Positions 1 through 8,936 of a stretch of DNA of 64,000 nt are shown in pieces. Under the pieces are notes generated by a model. The model was given only the letters and a program-made list of their open reading frames with translations. It ran no database searches and was not told where the DNA came from. Position 1 is the stretch's first letter. Each line of letters opens with the position of its first letter. Position numbers and translations under genes: made by a program. The DNA comes from an uncultured Clostridium sp. (GTDB taxonomy: Bacteria; Bacillota; Clostridia; TANB77; CAG-465), in NCBI GenBank assembly GCA_900553785.1, contig USES01000003.1, positions 53-64,052 of the forward strand. Direction: 5' to 3'.

Positions 1-7
1 AATCTAA

Positions 8-39
8 AGAACACGGTTATATTATGACTGTGTTCTTTT
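8..39 (+). terminator. Rho-independent terminator of a gene ending upstream of the window
   Basis: Stem AGAACAC/GTGTTCT with a ~15-nt loop, followed by TTTT. Hand-derived coordinates. Confidence 0.45.
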
Positions 40-84
40 AACATGGTCAAACTTTGAGGAATACTATACATTAGGTGATTTAAT

Positions 85-351
85 ATGTCTATTTTAGCAG
101 AAGTATGTTTATATTTATTAGTGGTTTTGGGAATCGTGTGTGCAACTATAGCTGCATGTAGTAGCGAGGATAATATAAGGCCACGTTATGTAAGAGAAAA
201 AGAAAATGACAGCAAGGTACTTTTAGAAATGAAATTTAGTGGTGTTAGCGATAATGTTCTTCAAGATACATCATATGCGTTAGCTAATGGTGAGTTTGAC
301 AGCATCTATGATTTGGTAGATGAATTTAAGGTATACAAAAAGGACGATTAG
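85..351 (+). CDS. Small hypothetical membrane-anchored protein (88 aa)
   Basis: AGGTGA SD-like sequence about 7 nt before the ATG. Hydrophobic N-terminal helix (ILAEVCLYLLVVLGIVCATIAA) followed by an acidic tail. No family recognised. Confidence 0.4.
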   Translation: MSILAEVCLYLLVVLGIVCATIAACSSEDNIRPRYVREKENDSKVLLEMKFSGVSDNVLQDTSYALANGEFDSIYDLVDEFKVYKKDD

Positions 352-407
352 TTTGACAAACTTATCTTTTGTTGATATAGTTATAGCCAAGAAAAAGAGG
401 TTATATT

Positions 408-1001
408 ATGTTTGCATATTTAAAAGGTGAGATAACAGAAAAGTCTAGAGAAAAAATAATAATAGATGTTAATGGTGTGGGGTATGAAGTATACATGTCT
501 AGCGGTGATGCGGATAAGTTAGAACTTGGGGGTATACAGAAGATCCACACATATACAGATATAAAAGAGGGAAGTGTCCAAATATTTGGTTTTGTACAAA
601 AAGAATCTCAGAGTATATTTGAAAAGTTGAAAAAAGTATCCGGAATAGGCAGTAAGACGGCATTAAATATTTTGTCATATATGGCTCCTGGCGAGCTTTG
701 CGTTGCCATCGCAAATGAAGATACTGCACTTCTTTCAAAAGTTCCTGGTCTAGGTGCAAAAACGGCAGCAAGAATTGTATTGGAATTAAAAGATAAGATT
801 TTGAAAGAAGTTCCGGATATAATTGATTCACCTAAAAAATCTGTCAAAGCTAAGACCAATACAGCTGTAAATGAAGCTATACTTGCTTTAAAGGTACTTG
901 GATATTCTACGTATCAAATAGAACAGGTAATAAATTCATTAGATATTGATGGAAAAACAGTAGAACAAATCATTAAAATGGTATTAGCAAGTATTAAGTA
1001 A
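408..1001 (+). CDS. ruvA: Holliday junction branch-migration complex subunit RuvA
   Basis: 197 aa. N-terminus MFAYLKGEI...VNGVGYEV is typical of the RuvA OB domain. Two helix-hairpin-helix motifs (VSGIGSKTA, VPGLGAKTA) and a small C-terminal domain III. Confidence 0.9.
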   Translation: MFAYLKGEITEKSREKIIIDVNGVGYEVYMSSGDADKLELGGIQKIHTYTDIKEGSVQIFGFVQKESQSIFEKLKKVSGIGSKTALNILSYMAPGELCVAIANEDTALLSKVPGLGAKTAARIVLELKDKILKEVPDIIDSPKKSVKAKTNTAVNEAILALKVLGYSTYQIEQVINSLDIDGKTVEQIIKMVLASIK

Positions 1002-1083
1002 ATTTAATATTATGGTAAAAAATTATAATTGATATTTGTGTATATATGTGATATTATTTTGACGTAAGGAGAACAAGAGAAAA

Positions 1084-1767
1084 ATGATTAAATTTGAAAA
1101 TGTTACTAAAAGCTACGATCATGGGGTAATAGCTTTAAGTGATGTAAATATTGATATAAACAATGGGGAGTTTATATTTTTTGTTGGACCTTCTGGGTCT
1201 GGTAAATCTACGCTTTTAAAATTACTACTTAAAGAAGAAGTGCCAAGCGATGGTAAGATTATAGTGGATGGTAGAGATTTGGCAACTATACGTGAAAAAG
1301 ATATTCCGTATTTAAGAAGAAAAATGGGATGTGTTTTTCAGGATTTTAGATTGTTATATGATAGAACTGTCTATGAAAATATTGTATTTGCTCTAAGAGT
1401 AATAGAAGCTTCGGATAGAGAGATAAAGTCTGAAGTTGCTCATGTGTTGGAGTTGGTAGGACTTACAGGTCAAGAAGATAAATATCCAAACCAATTATCT
1501 GGAGGAGAACAACAGCGTGTAGGTCTTGCAAGAGCTTTGGTTACACGTCCACCTATTGTAATAGCAGATGAACCTACTGGAAACTTGGATAATGAGACTG
1601 CAGATGAAATAATGAAGATTCTTTATGAGGTTAATGCTAGAGGTACTACTGTCCTTATGGTTACACATAGCAAAGAAATAGTTGAGAAAAGCCATAAGAG
1701 AGTTATTACTTTGAGTAAAGGGAAGATTGTTTCAGATACCAAAGGGGGTGTGACTTATGGGGACTAG
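1084..1767 (+). CDS. ftsE: Cell division ABC transporter ATP-binding protein FtsE
   Basis: Walker A GPSGSGKST, signature LSGGEQQRV, Walker B IVIADEPTGNLD. Overlaps the start of the downstream ftsX-like gene. Confidence 0.9.
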   Translation: MIKFENVTKSYDHGVIALSDVNIDINNGEFIFFVGPSGSGKSTLLKLLLKEEVPSDGKIIVDGRDLATIREKDIPYLRRKMGCVFQDFRLLYDRTVYENIVFALRVIEASDREIKSEVAHVLELVGLTGQEDKYPNQLSGGEQQRVGLARALVTRPPIVIADEPTGNLDNETADEIMKILYEVNARGTTVLMVTHSKEIVEKSHKRVITLSKGKIVSDTKGGVTYGD

Positions 1768-2989
1768 AGCATATTTGGTAGGACAAGGATACAGTAACTT
1801 GAGAAAACATGGTGGAAAAACTTTTGCTACTATGCTAATAATTTGTGCAACTATGTTAGTGTTATCATTGTTTATAATTGCGTACGTGAATATTGAAACG
1901 AACGCTCGTGTTATAACTGAAAACCAAGGTCTTAAAGCTTTAATTTCAGATGATGTTGATGAAACGGATGTGGAAGCTATTGGTGAAAAGATAAAACAGA
2001 TATCCAACGTAAAATCTGTAACGTACTTGGACAAGGATGCAGCACTTCAGGACGCAAAAGAAATCCTTAAAGAGTATGCATATCTGTTAGATGGCTATGA
2101 AGCATTCAATCCATTTCCTAGGTCATATATTGTAGTGTTTGAAAATTTAAAATCTACAACAAATGTAAAAGAAGCAGTAGAATCTGTTGATGGAATATAT
2201 AAGGTTGCATATAACGATACTATAATTAACACAGTAATTAAAATATCTGATGTTGGAAGTATTATTGTTATTGCACTTGGTATAATTATGCTTTTGGTTT
2301 CTGTATTCATAATATCTAATACAATAAAACTTGCGGTATATTCAAATAAAAGAGAGATATATATAATGAAATATATAGGAGCAACTTCTAAGTTTATTCG
2401 TTATCCGTTTGTTGTGTCTGGTGTACTTATGGGTATAGGTTCAGCACTATTTACGTGGGTAGTTGTTTCACTTGCATATATACTTTTATATTCCAAAATG
2501 CCACAGATGAACTCGGATTTAGGTTCATTTGGACTTGTACCATATAGTTCATTTTGGTATATAGTATTAGGTATTTCTGTTTTGGTTGGAATAATACTTG
2601 GTGGTATAGGAAGTAGCATAGCAATAAAAAAATACTTAAAAGATTTTAAGCCAAGCAAAGTGGCAATCAAAGATGAAAAAGCGAAAGCAAAGAATGATAT
2701 GAAAGAACAGAAAGAGAAAGAAAGACAAGAAAGAGAAAATCAAAAAAGAGCTGAAAAAGATGCTAGGTGGGCAAAAAAGCAGGAAGAAAAAGAAAAGGAA
2801 ATAGAAAGAAAGAAAAAAGAACAAGAAGCAAAGCAAATCCAAGAAAAGCCAGAAGAAAATCAGAAAATTGAAGAGGCAAAAAAAGAACTTCCAAAAGTAG
2901 ATAAGCCTAAATTCAAAAAGCAGATGAGTGAGCTTGAAGAAGCAAAAGAATTAAGAAGGGCAGGGAGAAGAAATGCTTGGAAAAAATAA
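1757..2989 (+). CDS. ftsX: Cell division permease-like protein FtsX with a long K/E-rich C-terminal tail
   Basis: One N-terminal TM, an extracytoplasmic domain of about 110 aa and three C-terminal TMs (FtsX fold). Translationally coupled to ftsE. About 110 extra residues of KEKERQERENQKRAEK-type low complexity follow the last TM. Confidence 0.85.
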   Translation: MGTRAYLVGQGYSNLRKHGGKTFATMLIICATMLVLSLFIIAYVNIETNARVITENQGLKALISDDVDETDVEAIGEKIKQISNVKSVTYLDKDAALQDAKEILKEYAYLLDGYEAFNPFPRSYIVVFENLKSTTNVKEAVESVDGIYKVAYNDTIINTVIKISDVGSIIVIALGIIMLLVSVFIISNTIKLAVYSNKREIYIMKYIGATSKFIRYPFVVSGVLMGIGSALFTWVVVSLAYILLYSKMPQMNSDLGSFGLVPYSSFWYIVLGISVLVGIILGGIGSSIAIKKYLKDFKPSKVAIKDEKAKAKNDMKEQKEKERQERENQKRAEKDARWAKKQEEKEKEIERKKKEQEAKQIQEKPEENQKIEEAKKELPKVDKPKFKKQMSELEEAKELRRAGRRNAWKK

Positions 2990-4250
2990 ATATGTAATTA
3001 TTATATTTTTATTTGTAATATGTATTTTTAGCATTCCTAAACTAGAAGCTACAGAAACATTGGAACAGCTTCAAAAAGAACTTCAAAATATCAAAAACTC
3101 TCAAATGTCTGTAAAAGATCAGTATAGCTCTATAGAGACAGATATTTCTGTATATCAAGAACAAATAGATTCTTTAGAAGAAAAGATAAGTACATATAAT
3201 ACTAAGATTAAAGATATTGATGTAAAAATTAAACAATCGACGGAAAAAGTTGCTGAACTTGAAAAAGAACTACAAGAAACCGCTTCTAACTATGAGAGTA
3301 CAAAGGATTTATTAAATACAAGACTTAGAGCTCTTTATGAGAATGATTTCGTAAATATATGGGAAGTTTTATTTACTTCGTCTTCAGTGTTAGACTTTTT
3401 ATCTAAATATAGTGTGTTAACTCAGTTAATAGAATATGATACATCTAAACTTAAAGCAATGAATAATCAAAAAGAATATTTAAACAATTTAAAAGAAGAT
3501 GCAGATATCACTAAAACTCAAGTAGCGCAAGCAAAATATGATTTGGAAAAGACAAAAGAGGCATTAGAAATTTCTAAAACTAACAAGCAAACAGCTATTG
3601 TTAATTTAGAAAAGACTAAATTACAACTTGAGTCTAAACAAAAAGAACTAGAGAAGTTGTCTATTGAAATTGAAAAAAAATATGAGAGGTTACGTGCAGA
3701 GCAAGGTTATTCAGGTGACTTTATATGGCCTATTAGAACTTATGGATATATAACAAGTTACTATGGGTATTGGAGACCAGATATAGGACAATTCTATGGC
3801 CATAGCGGAATAGATATTGTTCCTACTGGAGACAAGCCATATAACAAGTATTATACAGGGTCATATGTTAGAGCTTCTTGTGCAGGTACAGTAGTTGATA
3901 TGTTTAAAGAGACTCCAAGAGACAAAGGAAATAAAAACAGCAGATGTCCAGATACCGCTCAGGGTGCTAATTATACTTGTGGAGGAGTAAGTTCTTATGG
4001 CAGATATATTAAGATTTATAGTGCTTCCAACGGATATTCAATAGTTTATGGACATTTATATGAAATAATGGATGACATTAAAGTAGGAAGTTATATAAGT
4101 CAAGGTCAGATAATAGGTGTAATGGGAACTACGGGTAGTTCTACAGGTGTTCACTTACACTTTGAAGTAAGAAAATCTCCTGGATATTATGCAAACGCTG
4201 TTGACCCACTTTTGATCCAAAGCTTGGTTAATTCAAGAAACCTTTTGTAA
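2973..4250 (+). CDS. Coiled-coil M23/LytM family peptidoglycan endopeptidase (EnvC/PcsB-like FtsEX partner)
   Basis: Signal anchor, then about 220 aa of heptad-rich coiled coil. C-terminal M23 motifs HSGIDI and GTTGSSTGVHLHFEV. Overlaps the ftsX stop by 17 nt. Confidence 0.8.
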   Translation: MLGKNKYVIIIFLFVICIFSIPKLEATETLEQLQKELQNIKNSQMSVKDQYSSIETDISVYQEQIDSLEEKISTYNTKIKDIDVKIKQSTEKVAELEKELQETASNYESTKDLLNTRLRALYENDFVNIWEVLFTSSSVLDFLSKYSVLTQLIEYDTSKLKAMNNQKEYLNNLKEDADITKTQVAQAKYDLEKTKEALEISKTNKQTAIVNLEKTKLQLESKQKELEKLSIEIEKKYERLRAEQGYSGDFIWPIRTYGYITSYYGYWRPDIGQFYGHSGIDIVPTGDKPYNKYYTGSYVRASCAGTVVDMFKETPRDKGNKNSRCPDTAQGANYTCGGVSSYGRYIKIYSASNGYSIVYGHLYEIMDDIKVGSYISQGQIIGVMGTTGSSTGVHLHFEVRKSPGYYANAVDPLLIQSLVNSRNLL

Positions 4251-4263
4251 AATAATAAAATAT

Positions 4264-4304
4264 AAAAGAATGAGAACCTATAAAGTTTTTCATTCTTTTT
4301 ATTT
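4264..4304 (+). terminator. Rho-independent terminator after the ftsEX-M23 operon
   Basis: 10-bp stem AAAAGAATGA/TCATTCTTTT followed by a T-run. Confidence 0.6.
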
Positions 4305-4391
4305 TGTTAAATATAGTCAAAAAAACTAATAAGTACACTTGATTTTGTACATCTGCAACTATTTTTGTCGAAGTTGGTCGTACGATTTTTC

Positions 4392-4420
4392 TTGACAAAC
4401 AATATATCTAGTGGTAAATT
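4392..4420 (+). promoter_or_regulatory. Candidate sigma-A promoter of the Tad-like cluster
   Basis: TTGACA, a 17-nt spacer ending in TG, then TAAATT. Confidence 0.4.
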
Positions 4421-4436
4421 CTGTTTAGGAGAGGCG

Positions 4437-5249
4437 GTGAATAAAATTTATGTCGCAATATTAGTCTTAATCTTTTTTATTATAAATTATATTTTCATCA
4501 TAACTAATTTTAAAAGTAAATCTATAAATGCGCTAGGTAGCATAGTTGCTGGTAATAAAAGAAGCTTTTTATCTGATTATATTTATTCAAAAAGAGAAAT
4601 TCTAGAAAATTTAAATTTACCATTTGGGTTGACTGTAAAAAAGTATATTGGCATAAAATATGGATTATCTATATTAGTGTTTATAATTTCTATAATTAAT
4701 TACAAGAGTTTATTTGTTCCATCAGTTTTATTTTTAATTGTATTTTTTATTCCAAATGTAATAATTAAGAGTCATGTAAAATTCCAAAATATAAAACTTA
4801 TAAAAGAATTAAAAATAATAAATTTTAATTTAATGTTACAAATTTCTGCCTATGTTCCCTTTAAAGATGCATTAAAAGGAGCAATTAATCAAATAGATGA
4901 TAAGGATATACGAAAACATTTTAATAAATTTGTTTATGATTATGAAGTTATGGGTTATAGCATAAAAAAACCGTCTGAAAAACTCATGACTAAGTTCAGA
5001 AGTGAAGAATTGGCAAGTTTTATCCAAGTACTAATACAGTGTGAAAATGAGGGAAGTATAGTTGAAAATTTAGAAAGATTTAATACAACATTAGAAATGA
5101 GTTATTTTAAGTATTTAAATAGTCAAGCAGTAAAGCGAACAACATACATGATTGTTGGGACTATAATTATGCTAATAAATGTAACCATTTTATGTATGTA
5201 TCCAATGTTAGTGCAAATGAATAACAATTTGCAAATGATATTTTCATAA
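4437..5249 (+). CDS. T2SS-F domain inner-membrane platform protein, TadB/TadC-like
   Basis: The ORF track starts at a TTG (4365). I prefer the in-frame GTG at 4437, which lies just after AGGAGAGG. TM-rich, with a cytoplasmic helical block (ELKIINFNLMLQISAYVPFKDALKGAI...EELASFIQVLIQCENEGSIVENLERF) matching the T2SSF/TadC pattern, then C-terminal TMs. Confidence 0.55.
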   Translation: MNKIYVAILVLIFFIINYIFIITNFKSKSINALGSIVAGNKRSFLSDYIYSKREILENLNLPFGLTVKKYIGIKYGLSILVFIISIINYKSLFVPSVLFLIVFFIPNVIIKSHVKFQNIKLIKELKIINFNLMLQISAYVPFKDALKGAINQIDDKDIRKHFNKFVYDYEVMGYSIKKPSEKLMTKFRSEELASFIQVLIQCENEGSIVENLERFNTTLEMSYFKYLNSQAVKRTTYMIVGTIIMLINVTILCMYPMLVQMNNNLQMIFS

Positions 5250-5263
5250 AAAGGAGGAATAAA

Positions 5264-5449
5264 ATGAAAAAAGAAAAAAATAATGTATTGTCTAAGAAAA
5301 GAGGCTCTGAGTTAGCTCAAACAATTTTAATAACAGCTATAATGATAATGTTAATTGCAACAATATTTTTTCCACAAATACAATCAATATTTTCTACTGC
5401 GATGACAAAAGTATCTGGTTGGTTTAATACAGCTCTAGGAGTATTATAA
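5264..5449 (+). CDS. Flp/Tad-type (class III signal peptide) pilin-like protein, 61 aa
   Basis: Charged leader ending in KRG, followed by SELAQTILITAIMIMLIATIFF (Gly, then Glu near +2, then a hydrophobic helix). Size and position next to T2SSF and CpaB-like genes. SD AAGGAGG upstream. Confidence 0.45.
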   Translation: MKKEKNNVLSKKRGSELAQTILITAIMIMLIATIFFPQIQSIFSTAMTKVSGWFNTALGVL

Positions 5450-5451
5450 CA

Positions 5452-6096
5452 ATGAGTAAAAACAAAAGAATTTTATTATCTTTATGCATTTCTTTGATAT
5501 TATTAATAATATTTAACGTTGTATATTCAAAATTAAAAAAAGGAAAAGAAATAAAGGCATATGTTGTTACAAAAAGTATTGCTACTGGAGAAAATATAAA
5601 TGATGAAAATACAACTAGAGTTACTATTATTTTAGATAAGCCAAATGAAAATATACTTAATAATTTAAATGAAAATGAGTATGCACAAAAAGCCTTAAGT
5701 GTTGGACAAATACTAACAGTTGATTTAATTGATAACAAAAGTAAAGAAAGTGATAAAGAGTACGAAAATATATCTCTACCAATAACTAGCGCGGATGATG
5801 CTGCTTCGTATAAATTAAAAAAAGGAAGCATAGTAAACGTATATTATACTGCAAAGTATTCAAACGTTTCAGAAGTACTGAAAAGTAGTGATGAATTAGT
5901 GTATAGTTCTAAATCTTTAGATGGTGTAGTTACTGCAAAATTATATGAAAACATCGAGGTTATATCTCTAGCTGATAGTGCAGGTCAAGGAGAAAGTATT
6001 TATACTCAAATACAAATTAGAGTTAAAAAAAGTGAGATAGCAAGATTAGTTTGTCTTAAACAGTTTGGAACATTTACATTAACTTTATCAGAATAG
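5452..6096 (+). CDS. CpaB/RcpC-like pilus assembly protein (SAF domain)
   Basis: N-terminal TM. SAF-like segment (AYVVTKSIATGENINDEN...ALSVGQILTVDLI). C-terminal RcpC-like segment (LPITSADDAASYKLKKGSIVNVYYT). Confidence 0.55.
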   Translation: MSKNKRILLSLCISLILLIIFNVVYSKLKKGKEIKAYVVTKSIATGENINDENTTRVTIILDKPNENILNNLNENEYAQKALSVGQILTVDLIDNKSKESDKEYENISLPITSADDAASYKLKKGSIVNVYYTAKYSNVSEVLKSSDELVYSSKSLDGVVTAKLYENIEVISLADSAGQGESIYTQIQIRVKKSEIARLVCLKQFGTFTLTLSE

Positions 6097-6105
6097 GAGG
6101 AGAAA

Positions 6106-6396
6106 ATGGCTGTAAATTATGTATATGATGATGAAAACAAGGAATTTGTGAATGTAATAAAACCAATGTTTTCAAAATATACAAGAGGTTTAAATTTAAC
6201 TTTGTATATTACTGATGATATAAAACTATTACCAAACAAAGAAGAATTTAATCATCAAATTATAATTATAACATGCAATTGTTCTAAAGAGTTTGTGAAT
6301 AAAGCAGTTAATATAACTGATTATTTGTTATACAAGTGTGATTCTGAATTGTTAGTAAATAAACTAAAAACGTTGTTAGGAAAATCACAAAGATGA
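6106..6396 (+). CDS. Hypothetical protein (96 aa), possibly a receiver-like/TadZ N-terminal-like fold
   Basis: SD GGAGGAG upstream. Stop overlaps the next start (ATGA). Alternating beta/alpha hydrophobic pattern. No ATPase motif. Confidence 0.35.
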   Translation: MAVNYVYDDENKEFVNVIKPMFSKYTRGLNLTLYITDDIKLLPNKEEFNHQIIIITCNCSKEFVNKAVNITDYLLYKCDSELLVNKLKTLLGKSQR

Positions 6397-6893
6397 AAAA
6401 AGTAATAATTTTAATTTTTTTAATATTAGTTATATTAGCAGCATTTAAATACATAAGTAATCATACTATCGAAAGAAGTATAGGTAATGAATTTAAAGTA
6501 AATTGCATGGATGATAGATGCTGCGTGTATACCAATGATACAATTTCTATCGGCAATAATGAAAAAGAACTTAATAATGGTTTTTATGATGTATTATTTG
6601 AAAGGGAAGACACAGGACTAGTTATACACGTAAATAAACTTTGGAAAGATGTTTTTAATGAAAACCTTTATGAAGAAGAATATGTAAATTTTGTTGAAAA
6701 AAATATTTTACAATTTGTTGGTAATAAGAGTGATAATAAAGACACGAGCGGTTTGTTAGAAGGATATGTTGTTGATGGATATAAAGCTAGCAAAAACGGT
6801 TTGGAATATATCAAGGAGATTAAACTAAATAATTATAGCATTTTATTTGAGAGCAAAAATCACGAATTATTGATAGAGGTGAAAAATAGTTGA
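6393..6893 (+). CDS. Hypothetical membrane-anchored protein (166 aa)
   Basis: N-terminal signal anchor KKVIILIFLILVILAAF. Translationally coupled on both sides. Confidence 0.4.
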   Translation: MKKVIILIFLILVILAAFKYISNHTIERSIGNEFKVNCMDDRCCVYTNDTISIGNNEKELNNGFYDVLFEREDTGLVIHVNKLWKDVFNENLYEEEYVNFVEKNILQFVGNKSDNKDTSGLLEGYVVDGYKASKNGLEYIKEIKLNNYSILFESKNHELLIEVKNS

Positions 6894-8461
6894 AAAAATT
6901 TTTAAGAATTATAGTTGTATTTGTTTTTATCGCGTATATTTCTAGAGTGTATGGAATGTCATCAGAGTTTAAATGTACTATAAATGAATTGGGCGTGCCA
7001 GAGTACAATGTTAAGAATATGCAACTAAATGAGGATATATATTTAAAATATAACATATTTGTATACGGAAAACCGGAAAATGTTAATTCAAGTGAGCAAA
7101 GGTGGAAAAATTTATCTAATGGTAATATGACAAAGAACGGAAAAAAAGGAGAATATGCAGTTCTTGGATATGATTATGCTTCAAATTTAATATACAATTA
7201 TTATTTTCCTCTAGATAGAGTCACTTCTACTCCAGTAGAAAAATGGCAATTCTTAATTATTCCTGGGGCTGATAAATCGTGGAATGAGGCGTACAAATAT
7301 TATACAGAAGAACAGGTTGATTATATGAAGAGGTCTAGATGGTGGTTTCAAAATATAAAGGATGGAAAAAATGATCCATACGATCAGATTAAATATAATT
7401 TGAATTCAATAAAAGTAGGACTGAATAAGTGTAGGTTAGAAACACCGGCAACGTGGAAAACTAAAGGAAGTATTTTCACAAAAAGAAGGACTGAGTCTGG
7501 CGGAGTAGGATGGGCAAATTTTGCCATAGAACCTATGTCAGCAGATGCAAAAGTTAAAAGTAATATTTCATTTAAAAAGGAATATACACTTGATGAATTA
7601 TCTGACCAAGTTGCAATACCTATAAAATATGGAGCTGTATTGGATAATTTGAGTGAATATGCAAAAGCAAAACATGTTAAAGGATTTACATCTGAACTGT
7701 TTATAGATGGCAAGAAAGCAACCAGTGTAAGTGGCAGTAAAATTACAAGTGTGGGCAGTGAGTATATACTTGTAATTTCCCGTAATCAAATTCCCCAAAA
7801 TAAAGATTACAAAATTAAAATTAATGTATTTAGTTTCGTTAAAACTGAGTTTTTAGCAGATGGATTGTTACAAGATAATATAGAAGTAACTTTAACAATT
7901 CACGTTGAACCCAAAAAAGTCATCCCTATTGAAGAAAGTGTTATTAAAATACTGAGTAAAGATAAAAATAATTGGGTTGTAAGTCCACTTGCCCAAAATT
8001 TAAATACTGTAAAAAGTAATAGCTCAGGAATTACTGAGGCTGGAAGGTGTTTAATGCTTAGATGTAAGTTAAATTGCAATAAGGAAGATATACAAAATAT
8101 AGCAGTTAACATAGATGGAGTTAAAGTAAGTGATACAAAGGTATTAAATAGTATTACAAAAGATTTATTAGTTTCTTTCACTGTTCCAAATGATACAAGT
8201 CCTACTGTATACGGATGGAAAAGTTTAAGGGATAAAACAGGAAATTTTTTTGATATCAATAGTAATGAAGTGCTTACAAGAAAATCTAATCCTCATACCA
8301 TTATTATGAAATATGAATTACATGGCAATGTTTATGAAGAGAAAATATTATTTGATACAATTGATGATTACATTAGCAATATGAATAACAACATTCTAAG
8401 TAAACTTAATATTACTAGATATGGACATTCAGAAATTTTACGAGAGGTTATTTGTGAATAG
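6890..8461 (+). CDS. Hypothetical secreted protein (523 aa) within the Tad-like cluster
   Basis: TTG start overlaps the upstream TGA. Signal peptide MKKFLRIIVVFVFIAYISRVYG. Beta-rich sequence with no recognised domain. Confidence 0.45.
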   Translation: MKKFLRIIVVFVFIAYISRVYGMSSEFKCTINELGVPEYNVKNMQLNEDIYLKYNIFVYGKPENVNSSEQRWKNLSNGNMTKNGKKGEYAVLGYDYASNLIYNYYFPLDRVTSTPVEKWQFLIIPGADKSWNEAYKYYTEEQVDYMKRSRWWFQNIKDGKNDPYDQIKYNLNSIKVGLNKCRLETPATWKTKGSIFTKRRTESGGVGWANFAIEPMSADAKVKSNISFKKEYTLDELSDQVAIPIKYGAVLDNLSEYAKAKHVKGFTSELFIDGKKATSVSGSKITSVGSEYILVISRNQIPQNKDYKIKINVFSFVKTEFLADGLLQDNIEVTLTIHVEPKKVIPIEESVIKILSKDKNNWVVSPLAQNLNTVKSNSSGITEAGRCLMLRCKLNCNKEDIQNIAVNIDGVKVSDTKVLNSITKDLLVSFTVPNDTSPTVYGWKSLRDKTGNFFDINSNEVLTRKSNPHTIIMKYELHGNVYEEKILFDTIDDYISNMNNNILSKLNITRYGHSEILREVICE

Positions 8462-8924
8462 AAAAAAAGGAGAACTTCTTGTTGTAGTAGTTATTGTAAC
8501 AGCTCTTGTTTTAATTTTATGTTTAGTTGCAGTTTCTATGCAATATTTTCAGATAAACAATATGCTTACAGATTTAAAATACAATTTGTTTTATATATGC
8601 CAAAATTCAATTTTGGCGTATGGTGATGAATTAAATTTAGATGTTTATAAGATAGATTCACAGACACTGAAAAGTACAATATGTGATTTACTGGTAAAAA
8701 ATTATATTGAAACAAGGAAGGATATTAGTTACATAACAGTAGAGGAATTACAACTTTTTGTAAATAAAGATGAATGCATAAATCATACAAAAGGACAGTA
8801 TGAAGAACCTTATGTACACATAGTCGTAAATGTTGGGTTTATACCTGTTATTAAAATTGGTGATGTAGATAAGAAAAAAGTGACAATACATCAAGATGTG
8901 AAGTTGTCACTTATGAAATATTGA
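8454..8924 (+). CDS. TadE-like pseudopilin candidate
   Basis: The ORF track starts at 8421. The in-frame GTG at 8454 gives VNRKKG-ELLVVVVIVTALVLILCLVAV, that is a basic leader, Gly, Glu, then a hydrophobic helix as in TadE/TadF. Confidence 0.4.
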   Translation: MNRKKGELLVVVVIVTALVLILCLVAVSMQYFQINNMLTDLKYNLFYICQNSILAYGDELNLDVYKIDSQTLKSTICDLLVKNYIETRKDISYITVEELQLFVNKDECINHTKGQYEEPYVHIVVNVGFIPVIKIGDVDKKKVTIHQDVKLSLMKY

Positions 8925-8936
8925 TTTGGAGGAAAT

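Noticed and set aside
499-859. Antisense ORFs 499..831 and 608..859 within ruvA. Similar shadow ORFs lie inside ftsE/ftsX (1495..1695, 1732..2034, 2095..2310, 2401..2670), gdpP, ftsH, the ABC permease, the kinase, the giant ORF, clpE and addB.
   Set aside because: Each lies entirely inside a well-supported gene on the opposite strand. They have no SD and their composition is low-complexity or Leu/Ile/Ser/Phe-rich, typical of AT-rich antisense frames.
2636-2842. A purine/pyrimidine-biased, repeat-looking DNA stretch with a 68-aa antisense ORF (FFFFLSF...).
   Set aside because: It is simply the K/E-rich coding tail of ftsX read on the other strand. There is no spacer/repeat organisation.
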